Positions 25,443 to 36,245 are shown, counted from the stretch's first letter. The stretch: 55,705 nucleotides of DNA from Patescibacteria group bacterium (GCA_022710645.1 JAKLGL010000001.1:473296-529000), one strand, 5' to 3'. A program made the numbers and translations. Notes: generated from the letters alone by a model not told the origin.

Positions 25443-25826
25443 ATGGCAAATGTGACAAATGCAAATGTTTTTTTCTATGAAAATGGAGGGTTTGTGCCTT
25501 ACAACAGAGTTATTCATTCAGAAAAAGTTTCTAAATTCCTGGGATATTTTGTCTTGGGAGAAAAAAGAAAGCTTTTTATCGCCGGTCCGAACTTGGAGCA
25601 TAACTACCTGATGCAAGAAGCGGAAAAATATTTTTTGAATCTGGTATCCCCGCCTTTTCTTTGTGGTCAGGCCTACAACGGTTGTATTCTTGACGATAAA
25701 GATGTTTGTTTTTCACACCAATCGGATAATTACCAGTTTCAAAATAAGCTGGAAAAAAATCCGAAAGTGGTGGTGGAAATCTTTGGGCTGAAAGATGTAA
25801 CCAGCCCGAACAGCATCGAAAGTTAA
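25443..25826 (+). CDS. hypothetical protein (127 aa)
   Basis: ORF preceded by aagaggtg RBS; no recognisable motif. Confidence 0.65.
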   Translation: MANVTNANVFFYENGGFVPYNRVIHSEKVSKFLGYFVLGEKRKLFIAGPNLEHNYLMQEAEKYFLNLVSPPFLCGQAYNGCILDDKDVCFSHQSDNYQFQNKLEKNPKVVVEIFGLKDVTSPNSIES

Positions 25827-25841
25827 TACCTCAGCCTATGT

Positions 25842-25869
25842 AATCTCCGATAAACTCGGAGATTTTTTT
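25842..25869. terminator. bidirectional terminator
   Basis: aatctccga-taaac-tcggagatt followed by ttttt. Confidence 0.7.
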
Positions 25870-26089
25870 ATTCTATTTCCAAGGTTTTTTCTCGCGAAGT
25901 AAAACCACTGATTATTTTTATCTGGCTTTTTTTCTTTTTCATTTCTTTACTCAAAAATTTTATCAATTCTTCATTGGCCTTATTATCTACTGCCGGCGCG
26001 GTAATTTTTATTTTCAAAATTCCATTTGCCATTTCTTCACAAATTTTATTTACCGAAGATTTTGGAATAACTTTTATTTTTAAAATCAT
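25868..26089 (-). CDS. DUF167 (YggU-like) protein
   Basis: 73 aa: KVIPKSS.N......G.LKIKITAPAVDNKANEELIKFLSK...K...I.I.SG.TSR.K. Confidence 0.85.
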   Translation of the reverse strand: MILKIKVIPKSSVNKICEEMANGILKIKITAPAVDNKANEELIKFLSKEMKKKKSQIKIISGFTSREKTLEIE

Positions 26090-26091
26090 AT

Positions 26092-26925
26092 TTATCCTCT
26101 TATTTTTTTCAATAATTTCAAATCTTCTATCACTAAATCATATTCTGTTTCCAAAATAAAATTTATATCTTTCAATTTTATATTTTTTATCATGGCTTCA
26201 AAACCCTTTTTTCCAATCAATCCATACCCGATATGTTCGTGTCTGTCTTTATGCGAACCAAATTCAGTCAAGGAATCGTTACCATGTATTAATTTCAAAT
26301 TTTCCAAACCGATAATTTTATCAAATTTTTCCAAAGTTTTTTCCACTGCTTTTTCATCGCGTAAATCATAACCGCTGGCAAAAGCATGTTGAGTATCAAA
26401 ACAAACACCAATTTTATATTTTTTTAATTTTGGATGATGAATAATCTCGGCTATTTCTTCAAAAGTGTCCCCGATAATTTCTCCACTACCGGCGGAAATC
26501 TCCACTAAAAATTTTGTTTTTCCTTTATAGTCTTTCAACATTTCCGCCAAACATTGAACCACTTGCGCGCAACCCAGATCGTGACCGAGATCTTTATAAC
26601 TCCCAAGATGCGTCATCAAATATTTTGCTTGGAGCAAACTTGCTCTTTCCAGTTCCTCGCGAACTACGGAAATTGACGAATGTTTGATACGAGGATTACC
26701 TGAAGCAAAATTTATAAAAAACGGCGTGTGGACATACCATTCTTTCAAGTCATACATTTTTACACCGTCTAAAAATTGTCGCACCGCTGTTTCGTTTATT
26801 TCCGGCACAAAACCGCCTTGCGGAGATCGTGTAAATATTTGAAAAACCTCACAACCAATGTCAGCTGCGTTTTTGGGGGCATTTTGTATTCCGCCACCGA
26901 CTGAAACATGAGCGCCAAATAACAT
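26092..26925 (-). CDS. nfo: endonuclease IV (AP endonuclease, TIM-barrel)
   Basis: FGAHVSVGGG, QIFTRSPQGG, HTPFFINFAS, CFDTQHAFASGYD, HGNDS...GSHKDRHEHIG. Confidence 0.92.
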   Translation of the reverse strand: MLFGAHVSVGGGIQNAPKNAADIGCEVFQIFTRSPQGGFVPEINETAVRQFLDGVKMYDLKEWYVHTPFFINFASGNPRIKHSSISVVREELERASLLQAKYLMTHLGSYKDLGHDLGCAQVVQCLAEMLKDYKGKTKFLVEISAGSGEIIGDTFEEIAEIIHHPKLKKYKIGVCFDTQHAFASGYDLRDEKAVEKTLEKFDKIIGLENLKLIHGNDSLTEFGSHKDRHEHIGYGLIGKKGFEAMIKNIKLKDINFILETEYDLVIEDLKLLKKIRG

Positions 26926-27033
26926 ATAATAATATTAAATATATTATTAAGTATATATTATTTTGGCTTTTTGTAAAATAAACCAAAAACCAACGCTTTT
27001 AGGCGTTGGTTTTAATATGATTGATACTGATTC

Positions 27034-28314
27034 TTATTTTATTATCTCCGTCTTTAAAAATTCTATAACTTTTCTATTTTGAATGGTTCCTATAATACTT
27101 TCCAAGACATCAGGACGTTTGAGATTTTCCAAAACCTTTTCATCGTGCGCGTATGTTTTTTTGATAAGTTCCATTTCTTTATCCAAATCTTCTTTTTCAA
27201 CTTTGATATTATTATCAACCGCAATTTGTCGAGAAATTAAAGCGGCTTTAACTCTTTTATTGGCCTGTTCTTCAAAATCTTTAAAAATCTGTTCTTCAGT
27301 CTTTTTGATATCTTTGAGATATTGTTCCATTTCTATACCATGGTGTTCCAAATCATGTTTAAGTTCATAAAACATTTTTCTTTTTTCAGAATCTATCAAA
27401 ATCTGAGGAATTTCTCCAAATTCGCTTTTATCGATCATTTGTTCCAAAATATTAGCTTCCAATCTTTGGTTTTCTTTCATTTCAGCTTCTTTCATCATAT
27501 TGTCTTTCAATAATTCTTTCAATTTTTCCGCACTTTCTTGTCCTAGCTTTTTTGCAAATTCATCATTGAGTTCCGGTAGAATCAATTCAAAAACTTCATT
27601 AACTTTGATTTTAAAATCAACATCTTTATCAGCTAAATGTTTTTGATAATGATTTTTAGGAAAACGTAAACTAAATTCCTTAGTGTCGTCTTTTTTTACA
27701 CCTATCAATTGATCTTTGAGGCCGGGAATATAATGTTCTTCATTTAAATAAACATGGTGATTTTTGGCTTGACCTCCTTCTACCGCCACTCCACCGATAA
27801 ACATATCCATATCTATCAAAACTTTATCTTCTTTTGTTGATTCTCCTTCTTTAATCTTTTCTTGCATCTGCATTTTTTTCAAATCAGTCAAAACTTTTTC
27901 CATTTCTTCTTCAGTAACTTCAACTTTTTTATTTTCAACTTTTATTTTTTTCAAATCAACCAATTTTACTTTCGGCAATAAAGCTATTTCAGCTTTATAT
28001 ATTATATCGTTACCGGGAACCATTTTTTCCACAGTGATTTTTGGCATACCGACAGTATCCAATTTTTCTTCTTTGATAATTTCAAAAAAAGTCTTTTGGA
28101 TTATACTTTCCAAAGCTTCTTCTAAAATTTTTACTTCACCTAATTGTTGTTTAATAGATTCATATGGAGCCTTACCCGGACGAAAACCTTTTACAGCTGC
28201 TCTTTCAGATAATCTATTTGCGGCTTCTTTTAAATCTTCTTCATATTCTTTTGGTTCAACGGTAATTGTTAATTCTACTTCTGTATTTTTTATATTTTTC
28301 TTTTCATGTTTCAT
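27034..28314 (-). CDS. tig: trigger factor
   Basis: 426 aa; N-terminal ...AAVKGFRPGKAPYESIKQQLG ribosome-binding-domain signature; PPIase-like middle; acidic/Lys-rich C-terminus. Confidence 0.95.
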   Translation of the reverse strand: MKHEKKNIKNTEVELTITVEPKEYEEDLKEAANRLSERAAVKGFRPGKAPYESIKQQLGEVKILEEALESIIQKTFFEIIKEEKLDTVGMPKITVEKMVPGNDIIYKAEIALLPKVKLVDLKKIKVENKKVEVTEEEMEKVLTDLKKMQMQEKIKEGESTKEDKVLIDMDMFIGGVAVEGGQAKNHHVYLNEEHYIPGLKDQLIGVKKDDTKEFSLRFPKNHYQKHLADKDVDFKIKVNEVFELILPELNDEFAKKLGQESAEKLKELLKDNMMKEAEMKENQRLEANILEQMIDKSEFGEIPQILIDSEKRKMFYELKHDLEHHGIEMEQYLKDIKKTEEQIFKDFEEQANKRVKAALISRQIAVDNNIKVEKEDLDKEMELIKKTYAHDEKVLENLKRPDVLESIIGTIQNRKVIEFLKTEIIK

Positions 28315-28461
28315 AGGAAATAATTTAAATTTTTCTTTTAATTTAGATAAATTTTAGTATAAAAGATTTATTTTGTCAATTATAAGTTTTTGATTTTTAA
28401 AAAAGTTATTTATTATATGGTATATAAAGTATATATAGAAGATAATAATACTAATAAGGGG

Positions 28462-28720
28462 TGTGGATAGAGTGGATAATTGAATTTTTTGTTATATATT
28501 AGCCAAAATAGATGTTAATAATTTTTTAAAAAGCTGTTGATTAAATGTTTGAAAGAAGTGAATAATAAATTTGAATATTTTAATCAGATGTTGATAAATA
28601 GAGAAAAGGTGTAAAAATTGTTGATAAATAGTGTAGTTATACCAGTTTTAAACACAGTTTTTCCACTGGGATAAATTGTGGATATTTTGTTAATAAAGAT
28701 ATACACATAGTTGTGGATAA
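28462..28720. promoter_or_regulatory. cluster of DnaA-box-like 9-mers and TGTTGATAAATAG repeats in a 470-bp AT-rich gap
   Basis: tgtggatag 28462-28470, agtggataa 28471-28479, tgtggatat 28677-28685, tgtggataa 28712-28720 (perfect). tgttgataaatag appears at about 28589 and 28619, with a variant at 28545. Confidence 0.5.
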
Positions 28721-28745
28721 TACAAAAATTTAGCTAAAGTTAAAT

Positions 28746-28777
28746 AAAAACACCCCGAATTCAATCGAGGTGTTTTT
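28746..28777 (-). terminator. hppA terminator; near-copy of the hairpin at 564-595
   Basis: The minus strand reads aaaaacacctcgattgaattcggggtgttttt. Confidence 0.7.
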
Positions 28778-28792
28778 ATTAACTATTTCTTT

Positions 28793-30784
28793 TTAAATAA
28801 GTAATCCAACAATTAGAAGAGCAACAATGTTAGCAACTTTAATCATGGGATTTATAGCCGGACCGGCAGTATCTTTATAAGGATCACCAACAGTATCGCC
28901 AGTTACGGCTGATTGATGAGCAAAAGATCCTTTACCGCCATAATTTCCAAGCTCAATATATTTTTTAGCATTATCCCAAGCTCCTCCTCCTGTAGTCATG
29001 GAAATAGCCACAAAAATACCTGTGACTATTGTTCCCATTAATAATCCTCCGAGAGCCTCTATTCCCAAGAACCAACCAACTAAGAAAGGAACAATTACCG
29101 GGAGTAAAGCAGGAATGGTCATTTGAGAAATAGCACCTTTGGTTACTATATCTACGGCTTTAGAATAGTCAGGTTTACCGGTTCCTTCCATAATTCCGGC
29201 AATTTCTTTAAATTGACGACGGACTTCCTCAACTACTTTTTCCGCTACCTTGCCCACAGCTTCCATCAAGTTGGCACCAAAAAGATAAGGTAATAAACCA
29301 CCAATAAATAAACCGACTAATACTTTCGGATTATTTATCATAAATTCATAAGAGTCTCCGACTTTGTGGGTAAAATCTGCAAATAAAACAAGAGCGGCCA
29401 AAGCGGCTGAACCGATGGCATATCCTTTGGTTACAGCTTTGGTGGTATTTCCGACAGCATCAAGAGGATCGGTAATATCGCGAACTTCTTTGGAAAGTTC
29501 GGCCATTTCAGCGATACCGCCGGCATTATCAGTGATAGGTCCGAAAGCATCTATAGTAACAATGATACCGGCAAGCGACAACATAGAAACAGCTGCGATA
29601 GCGATACCAAATAATTCACCGAGAGAATAAGAAATCAAAATAGCGGCCATAATAAAGATAACCGGAAGAGCGGTAGATTTCATAGAAACAGCCAAACCGG
29701 AAATAATATTTGTTCCATGACCGGTGGTTGATGCTTTAGCAATTCTTTGTACAGGACCGAATTTTGTAGAAGTATAATAATCGGTTAACCACATTAATAT
29801 TCCGGTTAAAACCAAACCAACCAAAGAAGCTAAGAAGATGTTGATAAAACCGTAATTTAAATCACTGGCCAACCATTTTGTAACCGGATAAAAACCGATT
29901 AAAGCCAAAATAGCGGTTGCAATTAAACCTTTATATAAAGCTTTCATGATTTTTTTGTCTTCTCCGACTTTGACAAAAAAAGTGCCAAAGATAGAAGCTA
30001 CAAGAGAAACACCGCTTAAAACAAAAGGATATAACATTATTTTTGTGTTTCCAGGGAAAAGCAAAGTAACCAAAACCATGGCGGCGATTATTGTTACTAC
30101 ATATGTTTCAAACAAATCAGCGGCCATACCAGCACAATCACCGACGTTATCACCAACGTTGTCGGCAATAACAGCCGGATTTCTTGGATCGTCTTCAGGA
30201 ATGCCTTTTTCAACTTTACCAACCAAATCAGCTCCAACATCGGCAGCTTTGGTGAAAATACCTCCGCCGATTCTGGCAAATACGGAAATCAAAGAAGCTC
30301 CGAAAGCCAAACCTATTAAAGAAGAAACATTTTGAGTTATGAGATAAAAAACCGAGACAGATAAAAGTCCTAAACCGGCTACCAATAAACCGGTTATTGA
30401 ACCTCCGCGTACTGCCATATTAAAAGCAGAAGCAAAACCTTTTTTTGCAGCTTCGGCTGTTTTGACGTTGGCGCGAACGGAAATATTCATACCTATAATA
30501 CCGGCAATGGCGGAAAATAAAGCTCCGACTAAAAATCCGGCAGCAGTAATCCAATTTAATAAAAATCCCAAAAGCAAAGCTACGATTACAGCTACTATGG
30601 CCACTGTTCTGTATTGACGATTAAGATATGCTACGGCGCCCTCTTGAATGGCGCGGGCAATAGCTTTCATACGATCATCGCCTCCGGGTTGTTTGTTTAC
30701 CCAAAGAATCAAAATACCGCCGAACAATACCGCTAACAAAGACGGTAGAACGGCGAAAAGCAGAGTGATAACGTTTGCACTCAT
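28793..30784 (-). CDS. hppA: membrane-bound H+/Na+-translocating pyrophosphatase
   Basis: 663 aa polytopic; [52 protein letters not shown] and [18 protein letters not shown] signatures. Confidence 0.95.
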   Translation of the reverse strand: MSANVITLLFAVLPSLLAVLFGGILILWVNKQPGGDDRMKAIARAIQEGAVAYLNRQYRTVAIVAVIVALLLGFLLNWITAAGFLVGALFSAIAGIIGMNISVRANVKTAEAAKKGFASAFNMAVRGGSITGLLVAGLGLLSVSVFYLITQNVSSLIGLAFGASLISVFARIGGGIFTKAADVGADLVGKVEKGIPEDDPRNPAVIADNVGDNVGDCAGMAADLFETYVVTIIAAMVLVTLLFPGNTKIMLYPFVLSGVSLVASIFGTFFVKVGEDKKIMKALYKGLIATAILALIGFYPVTKWLASDLNYGFINIFLASLVGLVLTGILMWLTDYYTSTKFGPVQRIAKASTTGHGTNIISGLAVSMKSTALPVIFIMAAILISYSLGELFGIAIAAVSMLSLAGIIVTIDAFGPITDNAGGIAEMAELSKEVRDITDPLDAVGNTTKAVTKGYAIGSAALAALVLFADFTHKVGDSYEFMINNPKVLVGLFIGGLLPYLFGANLMEAVGKVAEKVVEEVRRQFKEIAGIMEGTGKPDYSKAVDIVTKGAISQMTIPALLPVIVPFLVGWFLGIEALGGLLMGTIVTGIFVAISMTTGGGAWDNAKKYIELGNYGGKGSFAHQSAVTGDTVGDPYKDTAGPAINPMIKVANIVALLIVGLLI

Positions 30785-30963
30785 AAAAATTAAATTAATT
30801 AAAAATAAATAAATGTTAAATAATTTTAGTTAAAACGATTTTTAACGGTTTAAACAAAAAAGAAGTTTTTAACTCCCCATATTTAACCGCCGACCTATGG
30901 TTAATCGTTTTTGGAGGACAACCCGCCAATTGATGGGGGTTTACTTTATCCTTCAAATATAAT

Positions 30964-32316
30964 ATGCTAATAGAGCTAACAAGTCAAGTTATGAAATATA
31001 AAGTCCTGTTGAAAATTTTACACGGACTCATTTTTATTAAAAGGGTTTTTTGGGTTACAGGTAGCCAAATTTTTGGTTTGTTTAGCAGTGGAATTTTATC
31101 TTTATGGAAATTTTTTGGTTATTTTGGCTATAAATTTGGTATTTTGTTGCGCGGAGCCGGACTAAGATCGGAAAGCCTATGGTTTTTGAGACGGGATAAT
31201 TTGCAAATAGTTCTATTTATCTCTCTTTTTATAATCTGTTTGCCACAAACAAAGCTTTTTGGCAAAGAAGACACCTTTATCCCAGGACAACGAAGTTTGG
31301 CTTATCAAATTTTTGGTCCGGGGGAACAATATAAAAGAGGTTTTGAAGAGGTTTATCCTGAAACATCGGCTGTTCCCGAAAGCCAAGTGGCAACTTGGAG
31401 AATTGGTACTGTCGGGCAACAATATGGCTCTTCCCTTTCCAATTTGGGAAATGAAGTAAGCAACGGATCCTTGGTTGTTTTAAACAATACTTTGTTGGTA
31501 AAGCCGATAATTTTACCTGGTAGTGTCAGTGTTGGTGTTAGAAAAAATATTGTTGATTATAAAATTGAAGAAGGAGATTCTTTGGGTGGTATTGCTTATC
31601 GTTTTGGTGTGAGTGTAAATACTCTGTTATGGGAAAATAATTTAACTCTTAAATCTGTTTTAAAGCTCGGTCAAGTTATAAAAATTTTACCAGTTACGGG
31701 TTTAACACATACAATCAAAAAAGGAGACACTTTAAAGAAAATAGCTAGCACCTATAAAGCCGATGCTGTTGAAATAGCCGAATTTAACGGACTGGAAGAA
31801 GACGGGTCCAATCTAAAAATCGGAGAAAAAATTATTATACCAAACGGAGTTAAACAAGTTGTTCAGTCCAGCTCAGGTTATTATGTTTCAGCGAGACCAA
31901 GTTCGGGAATAACTCCACCATCTTCTTCTCAATCTCCAAGTACCAAAGGTTTTGTTTGGCCTTCAGCTGCAAAATACATTACTCAATATTATAGTTGGTT
32001 ACATCACGGTTTGGATATAGCCGGACCGAAAAATTCCGCTACTTATGCGGCAAAAGCAGGTACGGTTGAAGTTGCTCAATGCGGTTGGAATAGCGGCTAT
32101 GGTTGTTATATTATTATCAATCATGGCGGAGGTGTAAAAACTCTTTATGGTCACCATAATGAATTGTTGGTAAAACCCGGTGATTATGTAGAAGCCGGAC
32201 AAACTATCGGTTTAATGGGTAATACCGGAAAAGTCAGGGGTGTAACCGGTATTCACCTGCATTTTGAAGTAATTGTTAATGGGGCTAGAAAAAATCCTCT
32301 TGTTTACGTGCGTTAA
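30964..32316 (+). CDS. LysM-LysM-M23 peptidoglycan metalloendopeptidase
   Basis: Two LysM repeats (YKIEEGDSLGGIAYRFGV, HTIKKGDTLKKIASTY). M23 motifs HHGLDIA, GNTG, HLHFEV. The start is uncertain; Met at 30994 is an alternative. Confidence 0.9.
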   Translation: MLIELTSQVMKYKVLLKILHGLIFIKRVFWVTGSQIFGLFSSGILSLWKFFGYFGYKFGILLRGAGLRSESLWFLRRDNLQIVLFISLFIICLPQTKLFGKEDTFIPGQRSLAYQIFGPGEQYKRGFEEVYPETSAVPESQVATWRIGTVGQQYGSSLSNLGNEVSNGSLVVLNNTLLVKPIILPGSVSVGVRKNIVDYKIEEGDSLGGIAYRFGVSVNTLLWENNLTLKSVLKLGQVIKILPVTGLTHTIKKGDTLKKIASTYKADAVEIAEFNGLEEDGSNLKIGEKIIIPNGVKQVVQSSSGYYVSARPSSGITPPSSSQSPSTKGFVWPSAAKYITQYYSWLHHGLDIAGPKNSATYAAKAGTVEVAQCGWNSGYGCYIIINHGGGVKTLYGHHNELLVKPGDYVEAGQTIGLMGNTGKVRGVTGIHLHFEVIVNGARKNPLVYVR

Positions 32317-32368
32317 TCTTGCCAAAAGGTTTACTTTTGTTTATAATGAAGTCCGAAGTATTAATTAT

Positions 32369-32440
32369 GGTCCGATGGCCAAGCAGTAAGGCGAGGGTCT
32401 GCAAAACCCTTATGCGTGGGTGCAAATCCCACTCGGACCT
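32369..32440 (+). tRNA. tRNA-Cys (anticodon GCA)
   Basis: Acceptor ggtccga/tcggacc with discriminator U; anticodon stem agggt/accct with loop cTGCAaa; T-arm gtggg-tgcaaat-cccac. Confidence 0.85.
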
Positions 32441-32444
32441 CGAT

Positions 32445-32475
32445 ATCCCGCCCTTTAAAATGGCGGGATTTGTGT
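32445..32475 (+). terminator. hairpin after tRNA-Cys
   Basis: atcccgcc-ctttaaaat-ggcgggat followed by a T-rich tract. Confidence 0.55.
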
Positions 32476-32533
32476 CTTTATTTTCTGTTTGTCTTTTTCC
32501 GAAATTACAGGTAGAATAAAGGAAATAAAATAT

Positions 32534-35233
32534 ATGCAAAAATTAGTAATTATAGACGGCAACGCCATCATTCATCGTGCTTATCACGCTATTCCCCCGC
32601 TTACGGCCAAGGACGGTAAAATGGTAAACGCCGTTTATGGCTTTACTTCAATGTTGCTCAAAGTTTGGAAAGATTTGAAACCGGAATATATAGCCGTGTG
32701 TTTTGATGTGGCCGGAGGAACTTTTCGTCATGAAAAATTTGAAAAGTATAAAGCCACTCGCGTTAAAGCGGATCAAGAATTATATGATCAAATTCCAATG
32801 GTTCATAAAGTCGTAGAAAATTTTAATTTGCCGATTTTTGAAATGAAAGGTCATGAAGCGGACGATGTCATAGGCGCGATAGTCTCATCTTCCGAAGTTC
32901 TCAAAAAAAGAAAAACAGCAGAATTAGAAGTTGTGATAGTAACCGGCGATATGGACACAGTTCAACTTATTGCTCCCGGAGTCAAGGTTTTATCTTTGCG
33001 TAAAGGGTTAAGCGATACTTTTTTGTATGGAGAAAAGGAAGTAATAGAGCGCTACGGTTTTACTCCACAAATGATGGTTGATTATAAAGCGCTTCGTGGA
33101 GATACTTCAGACAATATTCCCGGCGTGCCCGGCATAGGTGAAAAAACTGCCACCGAGCTTATCCAAAAAATCGGCGGAATAAAAGAAATTTATAAACGCT
33201 TGGAAAAAGATCGTGAAGAAATGGAAAAAGAATTTAAACCTGGAGTTATTAAAAAATTAACCGAAGGTAAACAAAGCGCGGAAATGAGTTTTGAGTTGGC
33301 GACAATAGAAAAAGAAATTCCCGGTTTTAATTTTGATTTAAAAAAATGTTTGGCTTCCGATAATTTTGATCGTGTGAAAATCACGGAACTTTTCAAAGAA
33401 CTGGAATTTGTTTCTTTGCTGAAAAGATTGCCGGGTCAAACCGAAGAAACAAAAGAAGTGTTATCAAAACCCAAAAACAAAAAAGAAAGTTTCATTTTTA
33501 ATGAAATAAAAACAAAAAAAGAATTAAAAGAAGTTTTTGAAGAAATTGAAAAAAATAAAAATTTTGGCGCTAAAATTTTGTCAGCCAATAATGATATTTT
33601 CAAAAAAAACATCGCCGGATTGATTTTGGGTTCGCAAAACAAGTTTTATTTTGTCGGTAAAGAATTATTTTTGGAAACAAAATCATTGTTTGAAAACGAA
33701 AAAATTGAATTTTGGGGGCATGATTTGAAAAAGACGATTAAAACCCTGTTTTTATTTGATTTTAGCGTAAAAAATCGTTTATTTGATGTGATGATTGCCG
33801 CTTATCTTTTGTCCCCCGGTTCGCGTAATCATGAAATCGGTCAAATAATTTTTACTGAATTGGGTGTGGAAACTCAAAATCTATCATCTGTTCAAGGAAA
33901 TTTGTTCGGCGCTGATCCAAAGAATGAAGCAAAAGAATTGTGGTTGCTCGGACAAACCGTGGAAAATTTTAAAAAACAACTGGAAGAAGCGGACAATTTG
34001 AAATTGTTGGAAACCCTGGAAATGCCGCTTAGTTTAATTTTGGCGGAAATGGAATTAAACGGAGTCGCCGTGGATACGAAAAAATTGAAAGAGATGTCCG
34101 ATTTTGCTAAACAAGAAGTGGAAAAAATAAAAAATAATATTTTCAAAATGGCCGGTTGCGAATTCAACGTTTCTTCCACGCAACAATTGCGAGAAGTGCT
34201 CTTTGAAAAAATGAAAATTCCGGTAACGGGAATCAAAAAAGGAAAAACAGGATTATCCACTTCAGCTGAAGAATTGGAAAAATTACACGGTGTGCATCCG
34301 ATAATTGAGGAAATAGAAAATTATAGAGAAATAACCAAATTACAAAATACATATATAGATGTTTTACCGACTTTGATAAATCCGGAAACAAAAAGGATTC
34401 ACACTACGTTTAATCAAGCGGTAACTGCCACCGGTCGACTTTCTTCATCTGATCCTAATTTGCAAAACATTCCCATTCGTACTGAATTAGGCAGGGAAAT
34501 TCGTCAAGCTTTTGTGGCAACAGAAAAAAATATTTTAATGTCCGCCGATTATTCACAGATTGAACTGCGTATCGTCGCCTCTCTCGCGCAAGATAAAAAA
34601 ATGATTGATATTTTTGAACGTGATTTGGATATACACAAAGCCACGGCTGCAGCTATCAATAATGTGCCGATAGATAAAGTAACCAAAGAAATGCGTCGCG
34701 CGGCCAAAGCTATAAATTTTGGAATTTTGTATGGCATGGGTTCTTACGGTTTGAGCTGGAGAGCGGAAATAACTCAATACCAAGCGAAATTGTTTATCGA
34801 TAAATATTTTCAACAGTTTTCCGGAGTAAAAAAATATTTGGACAACACTATAGAATTCGTCAAAGAAAAAGGTTATGCCGAAACTCTTTTTGGTCGTCGT
34901 CGTTATATCCCCGAGCTTCTTTCCGGAAACAGACAATTACAAAATGCCGCCGAAAGAATGTCTATAAACCACCCTGTTCAAGGCACGGCCGCGGATTTGA
35001 TGAAAATGGCGATGATAGCCGTAGAAAAGAAATTAAAAGAATGGCCGAAAGAAAAACAAAATAAAGTAAAAATGATTTTACAGGTGCATGATGAATTGGT
35101 TTTCGAGCTTTCCGAGGATATAAAAGAAGAGTTGGAACAAACAATAAAGGAAGCGATGGAAAAAGTTTGTGTTTTGCGTGTGCCTATAAAAGTTGACGTT
35201 AATTTCGGTAAAAGTTGGGGGGAAATGAAATAA
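32534..35233 (+). CDS. polA: DNA polymerase I
   Basis: The Met at 32534 (MQKLVIIDGNAIIHRAYH) is the family-typical start; the track ORF begins at 32489. 5'-nuclease motifs are present. Pol motifs: DYSQIELRI, RRAAKAINFGILYGM, QVHDELVFE. Confidence 0.95.
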   Translation: MQKLVIIDGNAIIHRAYHAIPPLTAKDGKMVNAVYGFTSMLLKVWKDLKPEYIAVCFDVAGGTFRHEKFEKYKATRVKADQELYDQIPMVHKVVENFNLPIFEMKGHEADDVIGAIVSSSEVLKKRKTAELEVVIVTGDMDTVQLIAPGVKVLSLRKGLSDTFLYGEKEVIERYGFTPQMMVDYKALRGDTSDNIPGVPGIGEKTATELIQKIGGIKEIYKRLEKDREEMEKEFKPGVIKKLTEGKQSAEMSFELATIEKEIPGFNFDLKKCLASDNFDRVKITELFKELEFVSLLKRLPGQTEETKEVLSKPKNKKESFIFNEIKTKKELKEVFEEIEKNKNFGAKILSANNDIFKKNIAGLILGSQNKFYFVGKELFLETKSLFENEKIEFWGHDLKKTIKTLFLFDFSVKNRLFDVMIAAYLLSPGSRNHEIGQIIFTELGVETQNLSSVQGNLFGADPKNEAKELWLLGQTVENFKKQLEEADNLKLLETLEMPLSLILAEMELNGVAVDTKKLKEMSDFAKQEVEKIKNNIFKMAGCEFNVSSTQQLREVLFEKMKIPVTGIKKGKTGLSTSAEELEKLHGVHPIIEEIENYREITKLQNTYIDVLPTLINPETKRIHTTFNQAVTATGRLSSSDPNLQNIPIRTELGREIRQAFVATEKNILMSADYSQIELRIVASLAQDKKMIDIFERDLDIHKATAAAINNVPIDKVTKEMRRAAKAINFGILYGMGSYGLSWRAEITQYQAKLFIDKYFQQFSGVKKYLDNTIEFVKEKGYAETLFGRRRYIPELLSGNRQLQNAAERMSINHPVQGTAADLMKMAMIAVEKKLKEWPKEKQNKVKMILQVHDELVFELSEDIKEELEQTIKEAMEKVCVLRVPIKVDVNFGKSWGEMK

Positions 35234-35234
35234 T

Positions 35235-36194
35235 ATGATTATTTTTATTCATGGCGAAGATACTTTTCGCAGTCGTCAATTTTTGAAAGAACAAATAGAT
35301 GAATTTAAAAAACGTCGAGATCCGAACGGGCTCAATGTCGTGTTTATTGACGGAAAAAATGAAAAAGGAGATAAAATTTTTCAAGAAATAACAGCTTCTC
35401 CTTTTTTGGCTGAACGTAAAATGGTTGTTATAAAAAATATCTTGAGTTCTAAAGATGATAAACTTTTTGAAAAATTGATTGAAGCTATAAAAAATAAAAG
35501 TTTTCCGGAAGTAAATGTGGTGGTTTTTTTTCAGGAAGAAGAAATCGGTAAAAGCAAGATTGTTGGCGAACTTTTAAATTTGTTAAAAAAAGAAAAGTTT
35601 GTTTATGAGATGTCAGCTCTTTCTCAAAATGATTTGCGTATTTGGGCGGAGAAAGAAATTAAAAATCGCGGAGGAAAAATAAATGTACATGCCCTGATTA
35701 GTTTGCTCCAAGTTTGTGATAATGACAGTTGGTTTTTAGATTCGTTGATTGATCAACTGGTGGCTTATAAAAACGGCGCGGAGATAGAAAGTGCCGATGT
35801 GGCTTTGTTTGCCGAAGAAAAATTTGAAGATAATATTTTTGCTTTGGCCGAAGCCGTGGTTTATGGAGATAAAACAAAAGCTTTGAAAATGATTAATGAG
35901 CAAAGAAAAAACGGAGCCGAGGATTTTTATTTGTTTTCTATGATTTTGAGACAATTTAGGATTTTGACCCAAGCGAAAGATTTTTTAATGAAAAATCCCG
36001 GAGCTTCGGCGGAAACAACAGCCAAAGAAATTAAGCAAAAACCTTTTGTTATAAAAAAAACGTGGAATCTTCTTTCCAAAGATTTTTCTTGGTTTGAAAG
36101 ATCTTACCGTTTAATGCTGGAAACGGATCTAAATTTTAAAAGCGGAATTTCAGATTTTGAAACACTTTTTGATCTGATGGTAGAAAAAATTTAA
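35235..36194 (+). CDS. holA: DNA polymerase III delta subunit
   Basis: 319 aa; MIIFIHGEDTF..R start and helical C-terminal domain typical of HolA; begins 1 nt after the polA stop. Confidence 0.75.
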   Translation: MIIFIHGEDTFRSRQFLKEQIDEFKKRRDPNGLNVVFIDGKNEKGDKIFQEITASPFLAERKMVVIKNILSSKDDKLFEKLIEAIKNKSFPEVNVVVFFQEEEIGKSKIVGELLNLLKKEKFVYEMSALSQNDLRIWAEKEIKNRGGKINVHALISLLQVCDNDSWFLDSLIDQLVAYKNGAEIESADVALFAEEKFEDNIFALAEAVVYGDKTKALKMINEQRKNGAEDFYLFSMILRQFRILTQAKDFLMKNPGASAETTAKEIKQKPFVIKKTWNLLSKDFSWFERSYRLMLETDLNFKSGISDFETLFDLMVEKI

Positions 36195-36200
36195 CGATTT

Positions 36201-36236
36201 AAAAACATCCCGACAATTAATCGGGATGTTTTTTAT
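36201..36236. terminator. bidirectional terminator (holA / rpsT)
   Basis: aaaaacatcccga-caattaa-tcgggatgttttt. Confidence 0.75.
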
Positions 36237-36245
36237 TTGGAAAAT

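Noticed and set aside
30785-30963. Possible fluoride riboswitch upstream of the pyrophosphatase gene (AACCGCC-like and GATGGGGG-like strings).
   Set aside because: The AACCGCC string is on the wrong strand for hppA. The GGCGAUGG...AAACGC...CUAAUGA..CCUAC core I remember for crcB-motif RNAs is not present on either strand. It is kept only as an unclassified structured leader.
32285-32539. Track ORFs 32285..32539(-) and 32319..32519(+), and the 15-codon N-terminal extension of polA (32489-32533).
   Set aside because: They overlap tRNA-Cys and its hairpin. polA has a canonical start (MQKLVIIDGNAI) at 32534 with an upstream aagga RBS-like sequence.
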